Below, piece by piece: positions 20,001 to 27,804 of a stretch of 47,551 bases of DNA. Position numbers and translations under genes: made by a program. Origin of the DNA: Minisyncoccota bacterium (lineage in GTDB: Bacteria; Patescibacteriota; Minisyncoccia; Phycocordibacterales; UBA2100); NCBI GenBank assembly GCA_031291875.1, contig JARLIE010000300.1:1-47551 (forward strand), read 5' to 3'. Below the pieces are notes generated by a model. The model had not been told where the DNA came from and made no database searches. It worked only from the letters and a program-made list of their open reading frames with translations. The stretch's first letter is position 1, and each line of letters begins with the position of its first letter.

Positions 20001-21674
20001 ATAGGGACTCATAATGTTGTTATAACAGCAAGCGGGAACTGCATAGGATATGCTGTTGCGGCGACATACACGGGCGTAAAACAAAGCGGTATCCCCGATG
20101 CTTCAGGTGCTGGTAATCCATTGAGCGATAGCGGTGCTGTTACGTATTTCCAAGCGACCACAACTACTGCGAGCAATAACGCGTGGGCAGTTCTTGCAGC
20201 AGTGCCATCTGCCAGCAACAGCGCATCGGCAGGCCTAAGAACGAATATTCGACAGCAATCGCTGGGGAATATCGTTTACGCAGATTCTATGGGACCGATC
20301 TCGCCGGCGGGTCCGCTGGCACTCAACTGGACGACCTCTGCACCGACAGACTGGCTGGCAAATTACTTCTCAATCCCTGCGGCATCATCGAGTCCAGGAG
20401 TAACTGCTACGACGACGTATTCGTACGACAAAAATGGTAATCTCACTGAGCTCGTAACTGGCGCTACCACAACCACCTACGCATATGATTATCTCAACAG
20501 GCTCGTCGCAATTGGAACAAATGGCGCCACCACTACCTTGTATGGATATGATCAATTCGGGAATCGCATGTTTCAAATAATGGGAAGTACGACGACGCTT
20601 TATCCGAACAAGTACTATTCTATCGTTACTACGGCCGGCGTCGGTACAAGTACAACCGCGACCACTACCGACTATGTTTGGCTGCCGAGCCAGGGCGGAC
20701 AACCCGATCAGCTCCTTGCGGAAATATTCCAGCCGCTCGTTAATGGCGTCGCCACTGGAACCGCCTCTACTTACTACGTTCATTCTGATAACCTCGGCAA
20801 CATCGACGTCCTGTCCGACGCGTCGGGGACAGCTCAGCAAGTTCTCAGTTACTACCCCTATGGTGCGAACGTTGTAAATAGCGGACAAAATATCAGCTCG
20901 CGTCAGTTCGAGGGACTCTTCAACGACTCGAGCGGATTGGTCTACAGCAATGCCCGCTACTACAATCCAGCGCAGGGGCAATTCACCTCAGAAGACCCAA
21001 TGTTCTTGGGCGACCCGCGACAACAAAATTTGCAGGACCCACAAGCGTTAAACGCGTACTCATATGCGGAAGATAATCCGATCTCGAAGAACGATCCTAG
21101 TGGAAAGCAGTGGGTGGAGGCTGCCGAAGAAGCTAGCAACGAAGGCGAAGTGATGATTCAAAATGCTCCCTCAGAATGGAATGCAATCACGCAAGCGCTT
21201 TCCTCGCAGTCATTCCAATACTATCAGGAACAAGCGGTATCATATTTAAATCCCGTAATAAGTGATATTACCAGCTTACCGAACAGAATCCCGAGCAGCT
21301 TAGGTCCAAAAATACTTTATTTCGGCGCAGGCGCTATTTCCTTGATAGGTGCCGGAGAGGAATACGGTCAAAAGATTTTAGATGCAATAGACCAGTTCGC
21401 AAACATCCCAACGGGTCCATCAACACCAACCATCTCAACATATTATGGGAATCCGAATGCGAACTATTTCACGCAGGCCACCATTAGTGCGTATCACCCT
21501 CAGATAAACACTAATGTATCAACACACGTTCAGATAGGTTCAGGTGGTGGACAGAATACGAGTTCATCACAGCAGATCTCAAGTAATCCGCAAGCAGGGT
21601 ACAGCGCTTTCGTCGGACTCTTTAACCCATTCGTACCTCAATCAGTCTCAACGCCCTCAGTAGCCAAACATTGA
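17022..21674 (+). CDS. RHS repeat protein (polymorphic toxin-like), probably 5'-truncated, with Gly-rich, LamG and beta-sandwich insertions
   Basis: YD repeats (YDPLGR, YDAVNNL, YDGLGDR), core end ARYYNPAQGQFTSEDP...NAYSYAEDNP...DPSGK; LamG (YWKLDGN...GDIDEVGIWNRLL). Confidence 0.88.
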   Translation: MLLQYGTCRVVSPTGTYSIMVGSGGAGGTSGGDGSNGGNSGFYTILALGGGGGAANNHDNGAVGGSGGGGSWGGSGGSATSSQGNSGGNGSGGANYAAGGGGGAGAAGSNAPNSNVGGNGGGGTSSSISGSLVTYAGGGGGGGGNSSGGTGGSGGGGAGSTPAVAPSNGTANTGGGGGGAGGNGATSCGSPGISGGSGGSGVVVVAYPTAQASNFTCGGSLTTSGSNSICTYTSSGTFTVNSVALSTSTQSYSDAFAYIASPLNSSLYTNYVYDPLGRTTVASNIVGTTTNTYAGWETTTTDPDGHVKDYFNDDFGNLIQVVEHLAVGNATTTYMYDAVNNLATTTDAVGNVRAFTYDGLGDRLTAQDLHAPADSTYGTWSYTYDPQGNLKSTVDPDGHAITDTYSALNQLATESLTGSGVQISNSYAGCSYGKGQLCIASSTVARILYGYDPFGRIIIATTTIATSSITATYVFNYGYDRQGNLTSVLNKTTGAFVGYLYDTAGLIASTSRGFGGATSTIASMFSYSPINQVGQVIFGSGASTTYSYDPNVLYRLTRIRTLGAGSTTTVTTTYATSTLNNSVVSYWKLDGNSNDAAGGNNGSDSNITYSNGNGIINQGAGFNGSSSEITTTFSSFGSFATGTVSAWVKFNSLSSGEIIGEWDVYPGHILALLTDGTNLSCNRGAVTTNAQSSYPISNFSTGIWYNIVCTVSVSGGIASTQLYVNGTAVGTNVSSAGTLDTGSKALSLGSDYYNGAWGGFLNGDIDEVGIWNRLLTPGEITQLYNSGVGVPYPFVTATSSTTTGSTALQDLNYTYDPVGNITSRVDNSANGYGQQVTYTYDQLNRLLSASTTLSNSNSYDQTFAYDLLGNLLTGPNGTYSYTGNTGSNYANPDAVTQTVLTTGASAPTIVFDNSTLGGAGSYVSSLTFAHTTNNTGNGLILVSIEEASPSVCNSASITSVTYNGVSLSNLGYYTSNSSPINGGMQTFYGFSPAIGTHNVVITASGNCIGYAVAATYTGVKQSGIPDASGAGNPLSDSGAVTYFQATTTTASNNAWAVLAAVPSASNSASAGLRTNIRQQSLGNIVYADSMGPISPAGPLALNWTTSAPTDWLANYFSIPAASSSPGVTATTTYSYDKNGNLTELVTGATTTTYAYDYLNRLVAIGTNGATTTLYGYDQFGNRMFQIMGSTTTLYPNKYYSIVTTAGVGTSTTATTTDYVWLPSQGGQPDQLLAEIFQPLVNGVATGTASTYYVHSDNLGNIDVLSDASGTAQQVLSYYPYGANVVNSGQNISSRQFEGLFNDSSGLVYSNARYYNPAQGQFTSEDPMFLGDPRQQNLQDPQALNAYSYAEDNPISKNDPSGKQWVEAAEEASNEGEVMIQNAPSEWNAITQALSSQSFQYYQEQAVSYLNPVISDITSLPNRIPSSLGPKILYFGAGAISLIGAGEEYGQKILDAIDQFANIPTGPSTPTISTYYGNPNANYFTQATISAYHPQINTNVSTHVQIGSGGGQNTSSSQQISSNPQAGYSAFVGLFNPFVPQSVSTPSVAKH

Positions 21675-21696
21675 TTTATAATGTAACTAACGCTTT

Positions 21697-21963
21697 ATGT
21701 TGCACATCATATTTTACCTAGCATTTTTGTACTTCATATTCATCGGATTTTATCGTTGGTCTAAACATGGAGGCAGACATCAGCTTCTGTCCGTTGCCGT
21801 TGGGTGTTTTGGCATTGCTGTATTGCTGATAAATGACTACGGCGGTTTATTTTTCACATCCTCCTCGCATTTGAGAATCACGTATGATGTGGCTTCCGCA
21901 TTCTTAGATGTTATCGTAGCACTCGGAGTTATTTATCTTCTGATACAAGAATGGAGACGGTAA
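21697..21963 (+). CDS. Small 3-TM protein, candidate immunity protein
   Basis: 22 bp after the RHS stop; AT-rich, hydrophobic, 88 aa. Confidence 0.6.
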   Translation: MLHIIFYLAFLYFIFIGFYRWSKHGGRHQLLSVAVGCFGIAVLLINDYGGLFFTSSSHLRITYDVASAFLDVIVALGVIYLLIQEWRR

Positions 21964-21974
21964 CGACGGAGTGA

Positions 21975-22517
21975 TCACTTCGCCCCAACCAATGTTTTCA
22001 CCATCCTCCCATGCTCGTCTCTGATGTGAACATGCTTCGCGTATCCTTTCTTGCCCGCTTCGGATCGAAGTTTTTTCCGGTCGATCTCACCGTGTATTCG
22101 AAACGGTAGAGCATCCGATTTTCCGTCGGCAGGAATCGATCCCATGAGCGTGAGTTTGTCGCGGTCGAAGAGTATCTGCTCAAGATGATCGTGTAGGAAT
22201 TTCCGCTTTGTCTCCACATCGGTAATCGCTTCAAGTCGCGCCCGGGCGTTGGCGCAGTACTGTTTGATTCTCGTAATCGACGCCCCGTTTCGGTCTTGCG
22301 TCGCATTCGAGATTTCAACTTTTATCCGGTTGAGTTCTTTCAGCTTGCGGTCGATGGCGCGGCTCCTCTCGACGTACCTTTTCGTATTGGTGCGTCCCAT
22401 CGCGTACCCATCCATGAGGCGACGCCGCGTTTCGTCGAGCGCTCTAATCTTCTCGGCGACAGTCGCGAGCTCGTGCACCGCGTTCTCGTCCGGCAAGCCT
22501 CGCTCAGCATCGAGAAT
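21975..22517 (-). pseudogene. C-terminal remnant of a large serine recombinase
   Basis: Coiled coil with L..GYA.G....YV and KRKFL..HLEQILF...KLTL.GSIP; no catalytic or recombinase domain; in-frame TAG at 22518-22520. Confidence 0.55.
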
Positions 22518-22621
22518 CTACCCGAGCACAGCGTGGACACCCCTGAGGCTCCACTAGTCTCAAATCCCGGTGCCATATGTAGTCAGTGGCAAAGGAAATG
22601 GGCTGTGGTAGTATTTTTTGA

Positions 22622-23341
22622 ATGGATGACTTAGAGAATAGAGTTATTTCCCGCGGCTGCTTCTCTCAGGAGCGCAACAAGGAAATATACGACAAATGGT
22701 TTAAAAACAGCCCTCGATATCTCTTTCGTGCGACTGACGAGCAATATGGTATTTCTAAAATGGCATTCTGCGACGTCGGCTGCTCTTATGGAATGAATTT
22801 GCTGACAAATCCGAACTCATACGGAATCGATATTGTTTCCGACTATGTTGATTTTGCAAAGAGTATTGGACTCAAGGCCTACCTTCGCAATGTGGGAGTG
22901 GATAGCCTTGATGATCTTCCAAAAGTAGAAGCGGTATGGTGCTGCGCAGTGCCCGAGCATGTTGACTCGCCGCATCTTTTTTTGCTACAGCTGCGATCAC
23001 TTTTAAAGCCAGGGGGACTTGTCTTTGTTTGGGTGCCAACCATCCCGCCTTTCCCGTGGCTGCGATATATTCCTGGTTTGAAAAAGCATGTTACTGCACA
23101 TACACATTCGGACCATATAAATGCATTTACGCCGCGAACAATTCGATTCACCGCAGAACGTGCAGGTTTCGACACGATAGAACTGAATGCGATGTATCCA
23201 TTTCCGTTTCGTTGGCTCGGTAAATTTCTCTTTCTGCTCGATGGTGTGATGTATGTGGGACGCCGACGCGAGCAGGTGTATTTCGGTAATTCTACACGGA
23301 AAGGAAAAGAGGTTGACGACAAACCTGATCTGGCACGATAA
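22622..23341 (+). CDS. Class I SAM-dependent methyltransferase
   Basis: DVGCSYG, YGID, EHVDSP, LKPGG.VFVWVP, HINAFT. Confidence 0.88.
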   Translation: MDDLENRVISRGCFSQERNKEIYDKWFKNSPRYLFRATDEQYGISKMAFCDVGCSYGMNLLTNPNSYGIDIVSDYVDFAKSIGLKAYLRNVGVDSLDDLPKVEAVWCCAVPEHVDSPHLFLLQLRSLLKPGGLVFVWVPTIPPFPWLRYIPGLKKHVTAHTHSDHINAFTPRTIRFTAERAGFDTIELNAMYPFPFRWLGKFLFLLDGVMYVGRRREQVYFGNSTRKGKEVDDKPDLAR

Positions 23342-23362
23342 ATCGTTTGCTATACTTTCGGT

Positions 23363-23635
23363 ATGGACGAATTTGCCAAGATGGACATTTTCTTTGTGGT
23401 CACGACCATCGTCACTGCGGTGATGGGAATCGGCGTTGCTCTTATTTTGTATCGAATATGGGCAATCCTCGGGCACGTGCAACGGTTCGCGGAGCTGATG
23501 AACCACGAAGCGGAGCTTGTTAGTAAAGATCTTGCAGAGTTGCGCGAGAGCGTCTCGACCAAAGGATTCCGCATGCGCTATCTCGTGCGCTTCTTCAAAG
23601 GTACCTTCAGCGAATTGATGGGGATGAAAGATTGA
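23363..23635 (+). CDS. Single-TM hypothetical protein
   Basis: DIFFVVTT..V TM; leaderless promoter TGCTATACT 6 nt upstream. Confidence 0.75.
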   Translation: MDEFAKMDIFFVVTTIVTAVMGIGVALILYRIWAILGHVQRFAELMNHEAELVSKDLAELRESVSTKGFRMRYLVRFFKGTFSELMGMKD

Positions 23636-23668
23636 AGGATTATTTTTACCACATTTTTATTCTACGCT

Positions 23669-24085
23669 ATGATGAAAACAAAAACTGAAACAAAGGACAA
23701 AAAAATCGAAAGGCATCCTGCACTCGCGGCGGTTGCTATCGCAGGACTTGCGGCCGGGTATTACTTCTACGCAAGCAAGGATGCGGGAAAGCATCGCAAG
23801 ATCGCTACGAAGTGGGCGCGTGAGCTGAAGAGCGATGTATTGAAGCAAACCAAAAAAGTGAAGAACGTCGATAAGAAGACCCTTTCAGCTATTGTCGATA
23901 GCGCGGCGAAGGCCTATTCGGGGGCGCGTGGTCTCGACAAGAAACAAATCGCACAAGCAGCGAAAGAATTAAAGGCCAACTGGGACAAGGTGGTGAGCGA
24001 GGTCCGCGGTGAGGCCAGCAAGGTCAAGAAAGCCGTAGCTCCTCGAGCGGCGAAGAAGCGCACTGCAGCAAAAAAGAGCAGCTAA
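23669..24085 (+). CDS. YtxH-like / Lys-rich hypothetical protein
   Basis: Ala-rich TM AAGYYFY followed by charged helices. Confidence 0.7.
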   Translation: MMKTKTETKDKKIERHPALAAVAIAGLAAGYYFYASKDAGKHRKIATKWARELKSDVLKQTKKVKNVDKKTLSAIVDSAAKAYSGARGLDKKQIAQAAKELKANWDKVVSEVRGEASKVKKAVAPRAAKKRTAAKKSS

Positions 24086-24122
24086 GTGACAGCGAGCTAG
24101 CTAACGCGAAGGGCAGTGCCGA

Positions 24123-25154
24123 TCACTTTCTCGAAACGGAAGGAGTCGCCATGAGGCTGTAGATATGCACGACCGATACGAATATTGATAGGACCAACGG
24201 CCCCAAAATAAACCCAAGAGGTCCGAAAAAGATGACGCCTCCCAAGATCGAAAAAAGCACAAAGATAGATGGGACGGGGAGGCCTTTGCCGAAGAAGTAA
24301 GGCGTGAGTACGTTGTCGACAATTGCGATCACAAAAAGACCGAAAAGAGTAAGGGTGACTGCGCCAAGCACATTACCTTGAAGATAGAGGTATATGATCG
24401 CCGGAATAAAGGCAAATGGGGTACCAAGGCCCGGAATCGCGCCGATGATGCCGCCGATCGAACCGAGAAGGATTGCATTGGGGATCTGGAAAAAGTAAAA
24501 GCCGACGCTGATAAGAAGCCAGCGAACAAGCGCCACGACCAGGGTTCCTCTCACGATGGATCGAATCGTAAGGTAGCTGTCATGTAATATCGCGCGTGTT
24601 TTCTCTTTTCCGAACGGACTCGTTTCTTCCACTTGTGCAAGGAGTGCATTGCCATCGCGCAAAAAGAAAAAGAATGCGAGCAGCATGAGAAACGTTTCAA
24701 GGGTGACATAGAACGTCTGGTATACGATTGAGGCAAGGTTGCCCGAAATGAACGCAAATACATTTCCGATAGAGGCACTCAGATCGAATGAAAATTCGGG
24801 AAATACATAACGTATAGGGTTTTCGATGAATGTCTGGATCGTCTGCAGGTACTGCACGCCGTTTCCTTGCGCACCTACGTAGAAGTTCTGTGCCTCGCGA
24901 AATATCTGCAGACCGAGGAAAAATAACGGCACGATGCAGAATATAAGTACGAGTGCGACCACGATCAGCGCTGCAAGGTTGTTCCAGCCGTGCAACCGGC
25001 GCGCCAGAGCTTCGTAGGGCCTATGGAAAAGCGCGGCAAAGACGGCAGCGAGTACAAGAATTTGTAGGAAGGGCGCGAAGACGAAAAAGACAAGGACGCC
25101 GACGCAGACAAAAAGCGCCAGAAATGAATAGCTCTCTACATTGTCTCTGTCCAC
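24123..25154 (-). CDS. AI-2E family transporter (PerM/YdiK-like)
   Basis: FFFLRDG, IPGLGT, DNVLTP, GG.IFFGPLGFILGP; start GTG about 25154. Confidence 0.9.
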   Translation of the reverse strand: MDRDNVESYSFLALFVCVGVLVFFVFAPFLQILVLAAVFAALFHRPYEALARRLHGWNNLAALIVVALVLIFCIVPLFFLGLQIFREAQNFYVGAQGNGVQYLQTIQTFIENPIRYVFPEFSFDLSASIGNVFAFISGNLASIVYQTFYVTLETFLMLLAFFFFLRDGNALLAQVEETSPFGKEKTRAILHDSYLTIRSIVRGTLVVALVRWLLISVGFYFFQIPNAILLGSIGGIIGAIPGLGTPFAFIPAIIYLYLQGNVLGAVTLTLFGLFVIAIVDNVLTPYFFGKGLPVPSIFVLFSILGGVIFFGPLGFILGPLVLSIFVSVVHIYSLMATPSVSRK

Positions 25155-25286
25155 GCCTTCAGAGTAGCACACGGAGCTCTGCAACTGTAGGAAGCAGGGT
25201 TTCGAATCAATGGCTGCATTCGAGAGCTGATCGGGGGTCAATTTGCTGTTTCTCGTGTGTGTCCTTGCTATACTTCGCCTACCGGT

Positions 25287-26054
25287 ATGAGCACACTCTT
25301 TTGGCCCGAGTTTGGGATCCTCTTTCTTGCAGCCCTTATCGGCGCTGCCGCAGTGGTGCCCTATGGCTTACGTCTTGCCCAAGGCAAACCGCTCAAGTTT
25401 TCCATCCAAGTCGTGTTCCTCTTGTCGCTCGTACAAAACGCGATTCTATTTGGAATTGCAATTGGGCTTGGCCTTTTGGCAGCTCACGCAATCGGCCTTG
25501 GTGCCCCCTACCTTGAATCACTACTCGCGGGAGCGAATATCCCAGGATCAGCAGGGCCCGTGATTGCGCTGGTTCTCGGTAGTGTTGCCGGTGCCTCCCT
25601 GCTTATCGCTGATCTGTTTTTTGAACCGTACTGGCCACAGGCCTTACGTGAGGTAGCGCTCAAAACGTCGGTACTTGAAAATCTCCTGGCCTCTCTCTAC
25701 GGCGGTGTTAATGAGGAATTGCTTTTGCGCTTGTTTGGGTTTTCAGCGCTCGCATGGCTCCTGTCACTGGTCACGCCCCTGAGTACGCCAATTCTTTGGG
25801 TGGTAAACGTCGTGATGACGATTCTTTTCGGGGCAGGTCATCTACCTGCGCTCAAGCAAATGCTTGGGAGTATCCCGAGGCTGATGATGATCCGAACGAT
25901 GTTTCTCAATGCACCGATAGGCCTTCTGTGCGGCTGGCTTTTCTGGACGTATGGCATCGAAGCCGCAATCGTTGCACACTTTTCGACCGATATCGTCTAT
26001 CACGTTTTTGGTACGTTTGTACTCCGTCGAATCGGATCACGCGCGCGTGCGTAA
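25287..26054 (+). CDS. CPBP (CAAX/Abi) intramembrane metalloprotease
   Basis: EELLLR, FGAGH, AAIVAH motifs. Confidence 0.88.
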   Translation: MSTLFWPEFGILFLAALIGAAAVVPYGLRLAQGKPLKFSIQVVFLLSLVQNAILFGIAIGLGLLAAHAIGLGAPYLESLLAGANIPGSAGPVIALVLGSVAGASLLIADLFFEPYWPQALREVALKTSVLENLLASLYGGVNEELLLRLFGFSALAWLLSLVTPLSTPILWVVNVVMTILFGAGHLPALKQMLGSIPRLMMIRTMFLNAPIGLLCGWLFWTYGIEAAIVAHFSTDIVYHVFGTFVLRRIGSRARA

Positions 26055-26112
26055 TACCTCTCGTTGAGACGTACCTACAGTCCAAAAGGGAAGTAAGTGC
26101 TACACTGTAGGT

Positions 26113-26217
26113 ATGAAAAATTGGTACTCGTGGAGCTCACCAATAGGACTCGGGTTCTGGCTGATCGCCTGCGGCATTTTCTTTGTTCTTCTGCACTATG
26201 TCGGGCTGTTGCCATAA
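26113..26217 (+). CDS. Unannotated 34-aa membrane peptide
   Basis: MKNWYSWSSPIGLGFWLIACGIFFVLLHYVGLLP; TGCTACACT promoter 6 nt before ATG. Confidence 0.6.
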   Translation: MKNWYSWSSPIGLGFWLIACGIFFVLLHYVGLLP

Positions 26218-26234
26218 GTAGTACGGACGAGGGT

Positions 26235-27017
26235 ATGCGAAAAGTTCCGCAAATAACGGTTTTTTTCTGGATCGTTAAAATTCTGACAACTGCGCTCGGC
26301 GAAAGTACCTCCGACTACCTCGTCTTTTCGATTAATCCATATGTTGCCGTAGGGATCGGTGCGCTGGGATTTGTAATCGCCATTGTTGCTCAGTTTTTGG
26401 CAAAAAAATACAACGCATGGCTTTATTGGTTTGCCGTCACGATGGTCGCCATCTTCGGCACCATGGCGGCTGATGTCGTGCATATCGTGCTCGGGATCCC
26501 ATATCTGTACTCCACAATCTTTTTCGCGCTGGCTCTCGTTCTGATCTTCGTACTTTGGTGGATGGTCGAGAAAACACTTTCGATACACAGCATTACGTCA
26601 CCGCGTCGCGAATTCTTTTACTGGGCAACTGTATGTGCCTCCTTCGCGCTCGGCACTGCCGCGGGCGACATGACCGCTTTCACGTTCAATCTCGGCTTCT
26701 TGGCATCGGGTCTCTTGTTTGCCGGTATCATTGCGCTGATCGGTGTTCTTCACTATGCCACCAAGGGTTGGCTCACTGAGCATCACCGACACCAAAGCGC
26801 AAACGCCGTGCTCGCATTCTGGCTCGCGTACATTTTCACCCGCCCGCTTGGGGCATCGTTCGCCGATTGGACGGGTAAGGCGCACAGTGTAGGTGGACTT
26901 GGGTGGGGAGACGGCATGGTCAGCGGCATCCTTGCCATTTTGATCATCGGATTCGTCTGGTATCTCTCGAGCACACGTGTCGATATTGACCGCTCTCACG
27001 AAGCTCGTGCGCGATAG
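26235..27017 (+). CDS. COG4705/DUF347 repeat membrane protein
   Basis: KVPQIT.FFWIVKILTT.LGE..SD, GTMAAD, RE.FYW, GTAAGD, TRPLGASFAD. Confidence 0.9.
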   Translation: MRKVPQITVFFWIVKILTTALGESTSDYLVFSINPYVAVGIGALGFVIAIVAQFLAKKYNAWLYWFAVTMVAIFGTMAADVVHIVLGIPYLYSTIFFALALVLIFVLWWMVEKTLSIHSITSPRREFFYWATVCASFALGTAAGDMTAFTFNLGFLASGLLFAGIIALIGVLHYATKGWLTEHHRHQSANAVLAFWLAYIFTRPLGASFADWTGKAHSVGGLGWGDGMVSGILAILIIGFVWYLSSTRVDIDRSHEARAR

Positions 27018-27120
27018 TAGCAACTGGGCTGGGTTTTAACCCGGCTCTCTAGTATTGCCGGTAGCATTTACTAAGAAGACAGGTTGTCGTATAGTTCCAT
27101 GAGTCAATAGGGAGGTTCTC

Positions 27121-27777
27121 ATGACGTTAAGACGCTTTTCGGTGAGCGAGAGAGAACTAGATGTTTTTCTCGCTGAATTACCTCCGGTGTGTCTATGGTT
27201 AATGCTATGGATGGCAGGACTCGCGATGGCCTTTGTAGCTACTATGACAACATTGGCACTCATCGCTGTGGTAGCCACCCCAGCATACGCTTCGAAGGTT
27301 CCCTTGGGTGAGAATGTTCTTGCGCCGATGGCAAACACCGTGTTTTGCTTGAAGTACAAGGACGATTGCAAATCTAGCGTAGAAAATACTGTGAGCTTCT
27401 CAAAGGTTGAGAGCACACTGAACGCCGTCAATGTGGAGGTGAACCGCGAAATACTCTTTGATCCGAGCACGACAAGCACGACAAGTGCTATCGTGGAAAA
27501 GTGGCACGTATGGCCTCAAGCAGGTCAGTGTCACGATTATGCTGTCACCAAACGGCATGAACTCTTGAAACTTGGACTGCCCGCGGGAGCATTACGTCTC
27601 GCGGAAGTCGCTATTCCAACCGGTGAACACCATCTCGTATTGGTGGTCGAAACGAAAGAAGAGGATCTCGTGCTCGATAATTTGCGCCCAGTTATTACGC
27701 CTTGGGAGAATTTGCCCTACCATTGGATTCGCATTCAATCTTCTGCGAACCCCAATTTTTGGCTAGCCATCAAGTAA
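27121..27777 (+). CDS. Transglutaminase-like cysteine peptidase (BTLCP, C93)
   Basis: VN.EVN, GQCHDYAVTKR (Cys), HHLVLVV (His), VLDNL (Asp); SD GGAGG. Confidence 0.88.
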   Translation: MTLRRFSVSERELDVFLAELPPVCLWLMLWMAGLAMAFVATMTTLALIAVVATPAYASKVPLGENVLAPMANTVFCLKYKDDCKSSVENTVSFSKVESTLNAVNVEVNREILFDPSTTSTTSAIVEKWHVWPQAGQCHDYAVTKRHELLKLGLPAGALRLAEVAIPTGEHHLVLVVETKEEDLVLDNLRPVITPWENLPYHWIRIQSSANPNFWLAIK

Positions 27778-27804
27778 CACCCCGGATTATCCGGGGTGTT
27801 TTTT
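27776..27804. terminator. Terminator between convergent genes
   Basis: AACACCCCGGA-TTA-TCCGGGGTGTTTTTT. Confidence 0.8.
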
